Positions 11,084 to 23,133 of a DNA stretch of 24,649 bases are shown here, one piece after another. Location: NCBI GenBank assembly GCA_043228905.1, contig JBHGNT010000454.1, forward strand, positions 1 through 24,649. Direction: 5' to 3'. Numbering within the stretch: the stretch's first letter is position 1; the number at the start of each line of letters is the position of its first letter. The notes under the pieces were generated by a model. That model was not told the origin of the DNA and made no database searches. It worked only from the letters and a program-made list of their open reading frames with translations. This stretch comes from Azolla caroliniana. Taxonomy: Eukaryota; Plantae; Polypodiophyta. The position numbers and the translations under genes are program-made.

Positions 11084-11581
11084 TAACAATCGGCAACGGT
11101 TCGGTTCGGTTTGAGAGGGTCCAAACCGTTAATTTTTTTTGAAACCTGAACCAAACCGAAACGCCAAACATTTTTCAAACCATTAAACCATTAAACCATT
11201 AAACCATAAAAACCGCGGTTTCATGGTTCGGTTTCAATTTTTAACATAGGTCAAATTTTTAATTTTTAAAAATTTATAAAATTTCATTTTTTAAAAATTT
11301 TAAAATATTTAAGATGTTCCTAAAATGTGACAATAAGGTCTAAAAATGAAAAGATTGTTTAAAAATAATTTTTAAAATATTTTAGAATTTTGTAAATTTT
11401 TAAAAAATACAAAATAAAAAACCATTAAACCGTTTAAACCGTGGTTTTTTACTGTTGAAACCGAACCGAAACATTAATAAAAACCTAAACCTGAACCGAA
11501 CCGAACAGTTGAAACCGTTAAGCCATTAAACTGCAGTTTCGCGGTTCGGTTCGGTTCAAACCGAACCGTTGCCGATTGTTA
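11084..11581. mobile_element. hAT-type MITE (498 bp)
   Basis: Perfect 23-bp TIR TAACAATCGGCAACGGTTCGGTT, imperfect 8-bp TSD AGTTCTTA / AGTTCTCC, AACCG subterminal arrays and an AT-rich core. Confidence 0.9.
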
Positions 11582-12533
11582 AGTTCTCCCACTCTACACT
11601 TAACAAAATACTCTTCACAAATTAGCCTAACTATCTCTTTCTTATGATTAAAGGGTTATTATTTCTAGATTAGTATATATTAAAGGGCACAAATTTGACG
11701 GGTTGGTATAAAAAGCTTTTTGACAAGCATTTTTAAAGATGTTATGTCCTATGACATATATTTAAAACAAAAACTAACATGTCATTTGACATATAAATGA
11801 AAACCTCTATATAATGCTACATTGTTGTATACGTTTGATTACTATAAAAAGTACGCAAAGATACAAAAATCAATACAACTACTTCACAAAGATAATAAAA
11901 TACATAAAATAAATATCGTGTTAATGTTTTTAAAGCCCCCAAAGCACAAACAAGATATGGATCGATTATCATAATCCATTCTTGCAAATTATGAAAAAAA
12001 TAGGTTAATAAAAGAATTTTGTTTAGTAAATTTTGGTTTTAAATTCAAGCTGAAAACATTAGAATCAAACCTAGAGTCCAGACTTTAGGCTCTTAAAATA
12101 TTTAATAAAAGTTAGTGTAAATTTTAAAATCAAAATTTAACTAATATTATTGGTAAAGAATAAAGGTTTGATAACATATTGCATCATTACATGATATTAT
12201 TTTAAGCATGTTGTACAAAAACATATAATATATAATTATACACACACTTGATAATAGTATATGTGGCATATATATAATATATATGATATGGAAGAATAAA
12301 ATTTTAGAATATCATTTTATGTGTATAATTTTTATGGGCCTTTCATATTAAAATGGCAATTTAAACTTTATATGTCACTTGACAAACATTTTTATTGGGT
12401 ACACGTATGTTGTTGATGGGCAAAATGGCCTTTAACGAGCATGACACTTGTCAAATCTACAATAACGGAATAAGCTTTGAATGTACAACCTTTAACTTAA
12501 TAACCATACACTTTAATCTATTAAACTAGCATT

Positions 12534-12570
<37 letters not shown>

Positions 12571-12885
12571 GTATGGGGTTCGAAACCCATCGTTCACTTT
12601 TTATTGTTTTCAATTATTCGTATAAATTGAAATCATAATAAAGATAAATAACGGAGAATGTACTTGGTTTGTGTCACATCATATACCATATGCAACAAGA
12701 CAATGTTGATGTTCAGTTTTTAGGTCTCATAATATTCTATTAGACAACATTTGTACTCCATAACTCTACTACAACAAACATGGTATAATTGTTGCTTTTT
12801 CACCCTCAATGATAAAAAAACATGGTAGTTTAAAAGAGTTAGTTGGGATAAGTAGAGTCGGGGTAAATGAGGTTTATTTCAGTTT

Positions 12886-13440
12886 TGTTAGGACACAGAT
12901 ACAGAGTATAAGCAAATAGAGTTACTATTAGGCAACTAACTCAATACAACCAATAAACTTTGTACAAGGCTTCATGTCCGTTTTTATAGGGAGCATGGCT
13001 TGTTACGTCGAGAACGTAAACCACTACTACTACTTCCTCTAATTATTATAGATACGTTACATTTTCTCCTTTCGTCTTAGCTTGATGTCCAGCCCCACCT
13101 GTCTTGGCTTCAACCCACACTTGTCCCAATAGCCCTTTCATACCTTGGCTGACTTGACTAGCCAATACATGGCACGCATGTGGGGCAGTTCCTTGCATGG
13201 TCGAATCCACAAAAAATTGCCGGCTACGCGTCGTCAAAAATGTGCAAAATGTTCGGCTCCTGCTGAGCCGTTTTGTTGTTCCCAATGGCGGTGTTGTCAG
13301 TTAGTACCGGGCTTCCTTTGTTCGTTCATCTCTGGCTGGCGGCTCTTCTCTGGCCGTTGTCGGAGGTATTTCTGTAGTCGCACCTGGCTGCTGCTACCCG
13401 ATTGATTCGGCCAAGTCCGACTACTCGGCTCCTACCCCTT
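12886..13440 (-). mobile_element. Possible truncated LTR-retroelement remnant (short LTR 12886-13061, PPT and GC-rich internal DNA)
   Basis: TGTTAGG...CGTTACA termini, minus-strand TATA (CCTATAAAAA), and a minus-strand purine tract AAAGGAGAAAA abutting TGTAAC. No second LTR or coding motif seen. Confidence 0.4.
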
Positions 13441-14293
13441 CTTCCAAGAAATGTCTAGTGAGAAACTATGAATTTGACATTAAGGCGTCATTTAGTTGAG
13501 CTTTACTAGTTTGCATAAATTTCTGAAGAAGATTAAGTGTCATAACAACATGTACAATTCGCTTGTGAGTTTTGACCTCATGATCTCAAGGTTTCCCGTT
13601 AGTAGTATGAAATATTATTGGAAAAAAAATAGAGATTTAAAACTCGCATGTCAAAATGACAAGTGTGAATACATAAAAGGTTGTTCATTGTAAGTTTTGT
13701 AACAATACTAAAATTACCCAACACGTTTTCTTAGTCTAGACTTGATTTCTCAACTCTTTTAAGGGCCAAGTTGGATGGAAGAACTAAAATTCAACCTACA
13801 CGTGCTGATTTAAATCAAATTTCTCGATTATTTTCAGATAACTATAACAACCCACTTGTATTGAATTTTTACGACCACAAAATTTTGTTATTTGTATTAC
13901 ATCACATTCTAGATTTTGAAGCCCCTATAACACCAATTATCAACCGAATGAAAGCAACAGATGGCACTCGGTCATTTTTTCAGACAATCATTGAAGATGG
14001 AAAGAGTTCTTGCTTTATGCTTCTAATATATACCAAATCATTAGAATGGGTTTGGTCCCTTACACTCTCGGCGACTAATATGGAGTGTGCAAATTATACA
14101 CATAAAAGCAAATGTTTGTGTGTGTTGTGCATGCCTATGATGTTCATGTGTGTTGTGCATGCAAATGTGTGTGGTATGGTTGTGCCGGCAATACACAAGG
14201 GCCTACTAGTGGGCATGTGGTAGGCACATACCCTAACCATTGACTTAAAAAAACCAACATCACTTATTTGTTGTTTCTAGCCTTCCTATTGGG

Positions 14294-14300
14294 TATATAA
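14294..14300 (+). promoter_or_regulatory. Candidate TATA box of FRO
   Basis: TATATAA about 100 bp upstream of the predicted ATG. Confidence 0.5.
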
Positions 14301-14394
14301 GAAAGTCCACCCCCTACTAAAGTTTTCATCCCTTGGTGCACAAATACGTCTCATTCCATTTAATCGAATAATCGTGTTGTGCCATACCGTACCG

Positions 14395-17300
14395 ATGGCC
14401 GAAATTCACGAGGGGATTACCGAAGTATCCATGGCATTTGGTATGCAAGAAGACATGAGTACAAATCTAGCACTTATGGACACTTCATGAGATAATGCAA
14501 CCAAGAACCAATCATTAGACAATGCATTTACTGATTTGTTGGAATGCAATTAATGCAACTGTAACCATATATATTTATTACAACGGAAATTTGATGCAGG
14601 TATAGCTCAGAATGAGAGGAATGATGGTAATGGCGGATCAATTAGGGACGAGAAGTTAAGACTGATTGGGGTGATTAAGCGAGCAAGGGTGGCGAAGGGG
14701 TGCCTCGAAGCCGTGATCATGGCAGCATGCGCATTCTGGATAGGATGGTGGCTCTTGTCTCCTGATCCCGAAGATAGGCACAAATACGTCGACATTTGGA
14801 TCGGCGACAAAATATCGAATTCTCGCTTCTTCAACACGGATGGCAGCGAAGGTTTTTTTTTCCCACATGAAGATTATAATATCATTCGATCCCGAATCAT
14901 AGTTGTGGATTAAATCTCTTCTTAATTATACTAAACCTTCTTCTCGGAATGTTCGAATTTGTGTTTCTTAGGGCCTTCATTGATATTCCACGCGCTGCCA
15001 TTCATCGTGGCGACAATGCTAAGCTTTGTGGTGATGGAGCTCCGCGCGTTCATAAAAGCAAAAGCAGCGGAGCTCCAGAAGGTTGGTGGGGGCGATGGCG
15101 ACGGATCATCGGCGGGTTGGAGGACCCGATGGCGGCTGAACACGTATCCGGTTTGGGTGGAGAGAAGCCCATTGGGCATTATCACAGGGGCAGAGGCAGT
15201 GGGAATTCTTATCATTCTCTTTGTAATGGTGTACCACTTCGGCCGAGTCACAGATCTTTCCTTCCATCACATCGAGAAATCGGACCGAACACCATCCGTC
15301 AAGTACATCTCTCATCTCGCGTACATTAATTTAACCTATATATATATATACATACATGATGGAAACAACAGAAGCTAGAGCTTTGATGGAACGATATTTG
15401 TTTACCGTGTTATATATGACACAGGTACTGGCAGAAGGTCATTAATGTGTCTTTCAATTTTGGGAGGATGGCCATGTTGCCATTTGCACTACTGTGGATT
15501 CCCGTGTCGAGAGGCTCTCCATTGCTTCGGTTGGTCGGCATTCCCTTCGAGCAGGCGGTGCGCTATCACATTTGGCTCGCTGGTTCGACCATGCTCATGC
15601 TAACTATTCATAGCGTCGGCTACATTGTCGCATACAGCTACACCGATAGAGACCACTTGGTATGCCTGGCCACTATTCAGTGTCAACTATGATGATAATT
15701 GTGTTACCGTTAAGATAACTTAATTAACCACACCTTGAGTTCAAGGTGGGGTGCAAGTGAGCTGCGAGATGCTCGAATTCATGTGAGAATTGATGGTACT
15801 TAGCTAATCTTAAGTCGATCACAACATTGCACTAATGTAAACAAACAATCATACACGAGAAAATAAACCTTGATCTAGAGTACATACACATGTCGCGCAT
15901 TTCCGTCGAATCCATTCAAATATTTACCTAGCTAAAACCCTACATGTAAAGGGGGCTTAAACGTAAACGAGGACACAGTTTTGAAATGTCATTAATAAGT
16001 CCTTGCGACATCTTAGCAGACCTTCAGACTATTCAATCTATACGTATAAATTTTAGAGTACAACATATACATCCATCTTAGCGGACCTTCGAATATTCGA
16101 TCTATACATATAAATCTTAGAGTACATATATATACATCTTAGGAAGTCTTTGACAATTCCATCTACACATCTAAAGCCTACTGTACATATACATGTTAGC
16201 GGACCTTCGACCATTCGATCGATGCATATAAATCTTAGAGTACATATACATCTTAGCAAGTCTTTGATAAATTCGTTCTACACATAAATTTTAGTGTACA
16301 TACACATCTTAGCAGTGCATCCGACTGTTCAACAATCTATACAAATAAATCATTAGACTACATATACATCTTAGAGGTGCTTCTGACCATTCGATCTATA
16401 GAATGTACTCACATAATGCTCTTAACATTCATGTTTGTATTCTCTTGTCAGTTTTTTACATGGGTGACAAGGAAAGAAAGGTCAGTAGTGGCCGGATTGA
16501 TAGCATGGATCATAGGTCTAGTGATGTGGATCACATCGCACTCCTATGTCCGCAGGCGTTTCTACGATCTGTTCTTCAGAATACATCATCTCTATCTCTT
16601 ATTCTCCCTCTTTTGGATTTACCATGTCGTCTCGACCTACCACTACTTTGTCATCCCCATGTTGCTCTTCTTCGTTGATCGATTCATTCGCATGGTCCAA
16701 TCGACACGTCTCGTTCAAGTCTCCTCTGTGAAGCTCCTCGAGAATGGTGTTGTTGAGCTTACCATGCCCATTAGCATGGAAGGTAACATCTATATAATGT
16801 AATCATAACACAATTTACTGTTGGAATTTGTATTATGAAGGTAATAGATCTCATACAGATGTTTATGCATTTTAATGGTTCACTAGGAAGCCCATTGTAC
16901 AATACTCTCTCCACATGGTGCATCCAAATTCCTGGTATCTCCAGACTACAGTGGCACTTCTTCAGTGGAGCATCCTCCTTCCTAGACAAGAAGCAAGCTC
17001 TGACCATCATCATCAAGCCGCTTGGCGGATGGACGAATGCATTGCGTGATCAATTCTCCGACGCCAAGAAAGGGGATTCAGCTTCTTGCCCTTTCTCCTT
17101 CAAAGCTAGAGTGGAAGGCCCTTATGGAGATGAGTCTGAATTTTACCTAAAGTAAGTACATTGCCACAAACCCTAGAATTTGTCATTCCATTATGTCCAT
17201 TCATGTTTTTTATGCTTGAGCATTATTTGTTTCTGCGCGTTGACAACGATTGCTTTGTTTTTTCCAGGTATAAATCGCTCGTCCTTGTGGCTGGGGGTAT

Positions 17301-18368
17301 AGGCATCACTCCTGCCATGGCCATTCTTCGCGACATTTTATATCGATATAAAGGCATCCATACAACATCCACATCACTTCCAACCTCCATTACACTATAT
17401 CACTGTATCAGAAAGCCAGAAGATCTAGATGTACTCGATAGCGTATACCCTAACCAAATTCTTCCCGGTTATGACACATTAGGGTTGAGCATCAAAGTTC
17501 AGGTTTACATAACCTCAAAGGACATGAGAGATTATCGACGTGGCGGCGGTGGCGAAGATATGGAATTGGATTCCGAAACTCAAGATTTTAGCCTATCACA
17601 GTTTAGGGTAGCATATCCTCCATCACAACCGTCAGTGCTGCGTCCACCGGATTTCGTTAACGTAGTAGCAACACAAGGGATTATATCCAACATAAGCACA
17701 ACAGGGAACACTAAATGGGTGGCCTGCATCACCATTGCATCTATGTTGGGATACTTTTTGCTGTCAGGCATAGCTAACACCTTCATTATCAAGACTTACC
17801 ATCGCCATACCTTCACCAATTACAATCGCACACACGTAATGGTAGCTTCCATGATACTGGGGATTGTCATATTTGGTGGATTTGTCGTTCTCTTGTGGAT
17901 TTTCAAATCAACACAAAAAAGGAAGAGTTTCGCTGCCGTGCAACCGACAACAAATAGCACGACTCCCTCGCCAGTCGAGGCATTCGAATCGGACGTTTTC
18001 GATCAGGAAGCATATGGAGCCGGAGAATCATCATGGGTTGGTGATGTCCACATTCGATCCCGTCCAAATTGGAGAGGTTCGCCAACAATCTCTTGTAGAT
18101 CTTGTAATGTTTCTATGCTCTCTCTCCATTTATATTTCTCTCCTACTTAATCTATTTTTTTTATGGGATGCGATTCGCAGATGTCTTCGATGGCCTTGTC
18201 AAGGATCACTCCGGCGAGTGCGTAGGAGTTCTCGTGTCGGGATCAGAAAGCCTTCAAGAAGGCATTGCAATGGAGTGCAAGAGACGCACTTCCTTTAGTC
18301 TCAACGCATCTAAATCTTCAAAAGCGAGTGCCATGTTTCATTATCACTCCATAAGCTTTAGCCTTTAG
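14395..18368 (+). CDS. FRO: Ferric reduction oxidase (ferric-chelate reductase, flavocytochrome b family), about 818 aa, 8 exons
   Basis: join(14395-14440,14600-14851,14972-15302,15425-15659,16452-16782,16887-17151,17268-18076,18181-18368). All introns are GT-AG and phase-consistent, 2457 nt with no internal stop. Motifs: LWIPVSRGSPLL, heme histidines RYHIWL..LTIH and IHHLY..IYH, FAD site LQWHFFS, NAD(P)H sites VEGPYG and LVAGGIGITP, C-terminal HSISFSL. Exon 1 is the least certain. Confidence 0.96.
16009..16408. repeat. Intronic minisatellite, about 7 units of 56-65 bp
   Basis: Consensus CATCTTAGCGGACCTTCGACCATTCGATCTATACATATAAATCTTAGAGTACATATA at about 16009, 16074, 16135, 16191, 16248, 16305 and 16367, within FRO intron 4. 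Confidence 0.92.
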
Positions 18369-18826
18369 CCATTATAAATGTAGGCTCTTGTTGCAGGGCT
18401 ATCCTAATATCACCCCATAAGCTTTAGACATCATAAATGGAGGCTCTTGTTCCAGGGCTCTCCTATTTTCTATACAATTTGTTCTTCTTCCCTGAGAATA
18501 ATGACCCACATCACAATGTACACACGTGTTGGATTAAAGCACATGTATACATGTGAGCCATATACAGACTATATATAACCTCATATTTTTTTGTATCTTA
18601 CTCCATACTAATCCTCACCTCTTGTGAAAACATATACATATTCCCATCCTCATCATAATAAACGATAAACCAAAAGTTTGGTTTTTAATAAGGAAAACTG
18701 CTTGTTTCAATAATTGTGTTAATTGTACTGAAATTTTCAAGCACATAAAGTTTAATCCAAATGCCCACAAGATCCAATATCTAATATTCCAATGTAATGT
18801 GCCGATAATGAGGACACTTCAACAAG

Positions 18827-19215
18827 ACGTTGCCAATGGCCTTGTCAAGAATCACTCTGGTTATTCCATCAAAGTTATCGTGTCAAGATCAGAAAGTCGT
18901 CACAAAGGCATTGCAAGGGATTGCAAGAGAGACACATTCTTTAGTCTCAACACATCCAAATCTTCCGAAGTGAGTGTCATGTTTCATTATCACTTCATAA
19001 GTTTTAGCCTTTAGTCATCATAAATGTAGGCTCTTGTTGCGGGGCGCTCCTACGTTTCATAGAATTTGTTGTTCTTGAAATAGAATAATGGCTCACATCA
19101 TGATGTATACATGTGTTTGGAATTAAAACATATATATACATCTGAGCCATATATAGAGTATATGATACTCCTTTATACTAGTCCTCTGAATGTGTTGTAT
19201 TCAAAACATATATAC
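18827..19215 (+). pseudogene. Tandem duplicate of FRO exon 8 and 3'UTR (coding part 18827-19014)
   Basis: DVANGLVKNHSGYSIKVIVSRSESRHKGIARDCKRDTFFSLNTSKSSEVSVMFHYHFISFSL* versus DVFDGLVKDHSGECVGVLVSGSESLQEGIAMECKRRTSFSLNASKSSKASAMFHYHSISFSL*. Same 188-nt length, and similarity continues through the UTR. Confidence 0.92.
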
Positions 19216-19864
19216 TAGTTGTCATACATATAGTTGTTAGAGCTTTCATGGTTCATGTTAACAATTGGATCACTAACTATTGTAGATAAAATAGACAATG
19301 CACAATACTAGAAGAGTATCAAATTGCTTGCTATTACAAAACAAGAAATGAGGATACAAATACAACTTCGTGACTTGTAGCATTAAACTAATCATACAAC
19401 ATGATATGTTAGGCATAACGGTGACAATGTTACCTTAGGTTGCTATGCAGAAAAGTCTATTAATTACGTTAGTTACTCAACCAATTTGTTGGTTAATTGC
19501 ACTATATATTGTAGCCGATGTTTAGCAATGCCCTTTGTGATGCTAATTGTCTCAAAAACTACGATAACACCCTGAGGTCATTTGAAACAGGTAATATGTC
19601 ACAATTTAAGAACAGTCTGTCCAAAAAAGGCACAAAGTAGGTCATTTCACAAAAAGGACCATCGCATACATAAAGGGTTCTGGAAATTGAATCAAAATAT
19701 ATTGATTTATACCATGTCCAAAAATTTAGGGCTTTCAAAAAATGCCCCTAATAATTGACACGTGAAATATACAAGAGAATGTACCAAAATTACAAAATGA
19801 CTAACATGTATATTTATACATATTTGTGAATCGCCATATTGATGTAACATACAATATTTACATT

Positions 19865-22499
19865 TCAGATATGAGATCCATCACTTCCCAGAGATACGCC
19901 TTCCCCTTCAGACCCACCCGATGAACTAGAAGAGCTTTGTGAGGGCTCATCCTCATCATCACTAGCAACCAATGCATTGTCTTCATCCAATTGCAATCCA
20001 ACGTCACCATGATTATGAGACATACTCATTGTTTCTCTCTGTGTTGCGTCAACATGCACATCTGGTATCTTCTCTTTTATTATCCTGATTGTAATCTGTC
20101 TTACATGGCTTGTTTTGGTCAAGGAGAAGTCATACATGAGTATGGCGACATTATCAAGTGCTAGAGTAGACGTGCTTGGTAGATTCTTTCTTCTTCGCTT
20201 TCTGCGTGTGCCTTCGACATCCTTAACCATCTCTAAAGAGTACTTCCCAGTAAATGCATGTTTGGAAGAGGTATGATACTAATGAACCAAAATAGACTTT
20301 ACTTTATTGCCTCCATCATCCTTAATAATTTCAATGATTTTGGCAATCCAGAAGGGATGACCCAACTTATCTCCCATAGCTAATGTTGCAACTAACATAC
20401 CAACCTGTAGCCCATGTAGATTGGCTTGCGACCTCGCCTCTCCAACATGTGATAATCTTGGTCCCATGTAAATATCTCTTTGTTGTGGACGAACTAGATT
20501 ATTCAATTCAAGATTATCTAGTCGTTGTAAAGGAGTCGTGCTTGTCATTGATGGGCCACCAAGATCCCATTCGAATTGATTTTGTAGTGGCCAATACCCT
20601 GTAACGTGGTTATCTAATATTGTATGTTGATGATTAAAGAAGACATCCCACCAATCAACATCCTGATCACCAACGTACTTTTTGGTTCGCTCAATATTTT
20701 TTTGTTTTTCCTCAAGGTACCGCATCCAATGGATATTTTGCTCTTCAATTGAACTACCAACAACCAATCTTTTATGGTCGTCATAGGGCATTTGCTCAGC
20801 ACCACAGATTATTGCATTTGGGAAATGCAATAAGAGCCTACATCCGTCTTGTGGCTCCCATTGCCAACTAGATGAGTATTGTTTGGCATACAACATGGTT
20901 TGGTTGTGACCGACCACACTTTTTTGGATGAGGAAGACGTGGTTAAAACTTATATTATTAGGCGGAGCAAGAACCCTACATCCAGTCTCATCATCATCCA
21001 AACAAAAGCGCTTGAAATCATATACTTCATCTAAATGTTGCACATCTGGCTTTGGGGTATAAGCTTCAGGGATCAACCTTGATAGCACATGAAGTGCGAA
21101 AGCATCGCACTTGGCTAATTTCTTGGAGAACTTAAAACTTGATCAATGTGATCGTGTGTATGACCAACTAGCAAGAAGTTGACCTTAATCTTTTTGAAAA
21201 TACCCTTGTCTACTAACATGCTCAGGTAACCAAACATAGTTGAGTTCTTGTTTTCTCTCACCGTGTTGTCAATTTGCACGTATAGTACTGGTGGGAGTAC
21301 ACCTTGCCAACTCTATTGAACTCTTTGCATAACTGTAACTGTAAGATTGGGATCGTTGTGGATATTTGGATAAGTTAAGAACACTTGAGGTCTTATTACC
21401 TGACAATACAAAGGACAACCTACTAAGTGCATCTGCACTAGGCATTCATCTCCAATATCCTTGGGCAACCTTCGAAAATGTGGCAAACAAGTTTTCTTTT
21501 GATCGATCCCATCTATAATCAAGCACATGTATCTTTCTGGCAATTGAAGCCCTTTTTAACGATGGTGCATAGCTTTAGATCTTTCCAACGCTTGGCTTTG
21601 TCGATGCTCTCTCAATAAAGTCTTATATTTTGTTATTTCTTCATCTGTTGTCCCACTCTTTGCCAAGCTTTTTATACTCGTGCGGATCGAACAAACACCC
21701 ATCCGGACCTTGTGGGGTATGACTACATTGTTAAACTTTGATTGCCATAAACGATTAAAATGCCGATATTGTATATAAGGTACACTTTCCAATAACATGT
21801 CATCCTTATAGGCTTGGTATACCTCATGACGAGTAAAGTTATCTGACAAATGTAACCTTCCAATGGTGGTCATAACATCACATTGCTTTAAGAAATAAAT
21901 CTCCAACCATCTAACAACATGTCACCCAATCAGGCCCTTCCATGAAAATTATGTATTGTTGAAAGGTACCCACCACCCCTTCAGTAATCGATGTTGAATT
22001 CTCTGTAGCCTCATGTTCCCGATGCTATAAGAAATTTTAAAATAATGTATCTTGTTCGTCGCCATTGAGAGACAAATACTTTTGTCGCAACCCCCACAAG
22101 TTTGCCTTTCCAAATTTTGATAGACAAAGGCTCCCACAACATACCTTTCATATATCAATTGAAACTTTTTTATCCGAATAGAAAAAATTATATCGTTTAA
22201 CACTCACTTGTTGAGGAACTCTTTGAAAATTCAGAGGCTTATTGACACAATCTTCGTTCTGCATTCGATAAACTAGACTCGACATGAGTTGTATCTACTT
22301 TAATATATCGTGCTTTACCTAAGTTTAATGGCTCTATCGAAAAAATTGACGTTGAGTTTTGCTCTTGATCGTCGTTGGTTTTAACATGGCACCTTTTATT
22401 ATTAATATGGCTATATTCCTCGATTGAGAATAAGGAGTTATCAGATAATATAACTGGCTCAATAGAAAACAAAGAATTTTCCCTCGACTTTGAGGACAT
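19865..22499 (-). pseudogene. RNase H-fold DDD transposase pseudogene (Sola1/DUF7869-like) with C-terminal BAH/Tudor-like module and acidic tail
   Basis: The fragmented ORFs join into one protein: RMGVCSIR..LREHRQSQALER, MCLIIDGIDQKKTCLPHF, LPPVLYVQIDNTVRENKNSTMFGYLSMLVDKGIFKKIKVNFLLVGHTHDHIDQ (about 21139-21290, absent from the ORF track), EVYDFKRF, VGMLVA..HPFWIAKI..ILVH*Y. Several stops and frameshifts. Confidence 0.88.
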
Positions 22500-23133
22500 C
22501 TGCTCTCAAGGCTAAGTAACAACAACAACGTCCAAAATAGGCACAAGCTTGGTTCTATAATAAGCACCATGTCCAAAAACATATTTTTTATCACGTTCTT
22601 CTATTTAAAGCGAACTCATCTCCTATTTCTCATTATCACCTTCAAGTAGAAGAAGAGCACAAGAGCACAAAGAGCACTTAGCAATCAAAATCATCGAGTT
22701 TTCGCCTCCCCAGTCCAGTCAACATCTTCGAGATCAACATAAACAAAGGAAAGAAAATTGCCAGGTATGTTTTCCAACCCAATATTTTAGATTCCAAAAA
22801 GATTCCTTAAAGATTCTTTTTTGTTTTATTCAACTATTGCTTCCATAATCGAGGTGGGTCCCTTTCAATGAGAACTCGACACACGTTGAACTCGATGCAC
22901 TACATCGAGTTCCCGTTGAAAAATGGGCTTTTCATTATCAATAGATCAGATTTGGTCAAATTTTTTGCTGTTTTTTGGTCTATTTATTCAAGTTTTTTAT
23001 GTAACATTCTATACAAAAATGTATGATTTTCGCTAATTTTTACCTTAGTTAAGAGGTCTATATTGTTTATTATTAACATTATTTTTATATCCTTGTGTCA
23101 TGACTTGTTGTTTTCAGTGAGCCACGATAGAAG

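Noticed and set aside
12575-12590. GGGGTTCGAAACCC T-arm-like hairpin beside (AT)n
   Set aside because: Isolated, with no rest of a tRNA.
13771-14223. 150-aa ORF upstream of FRO
   Set aside because: TTG start, no motif, and it runs through a GT-rich promoter repeat.
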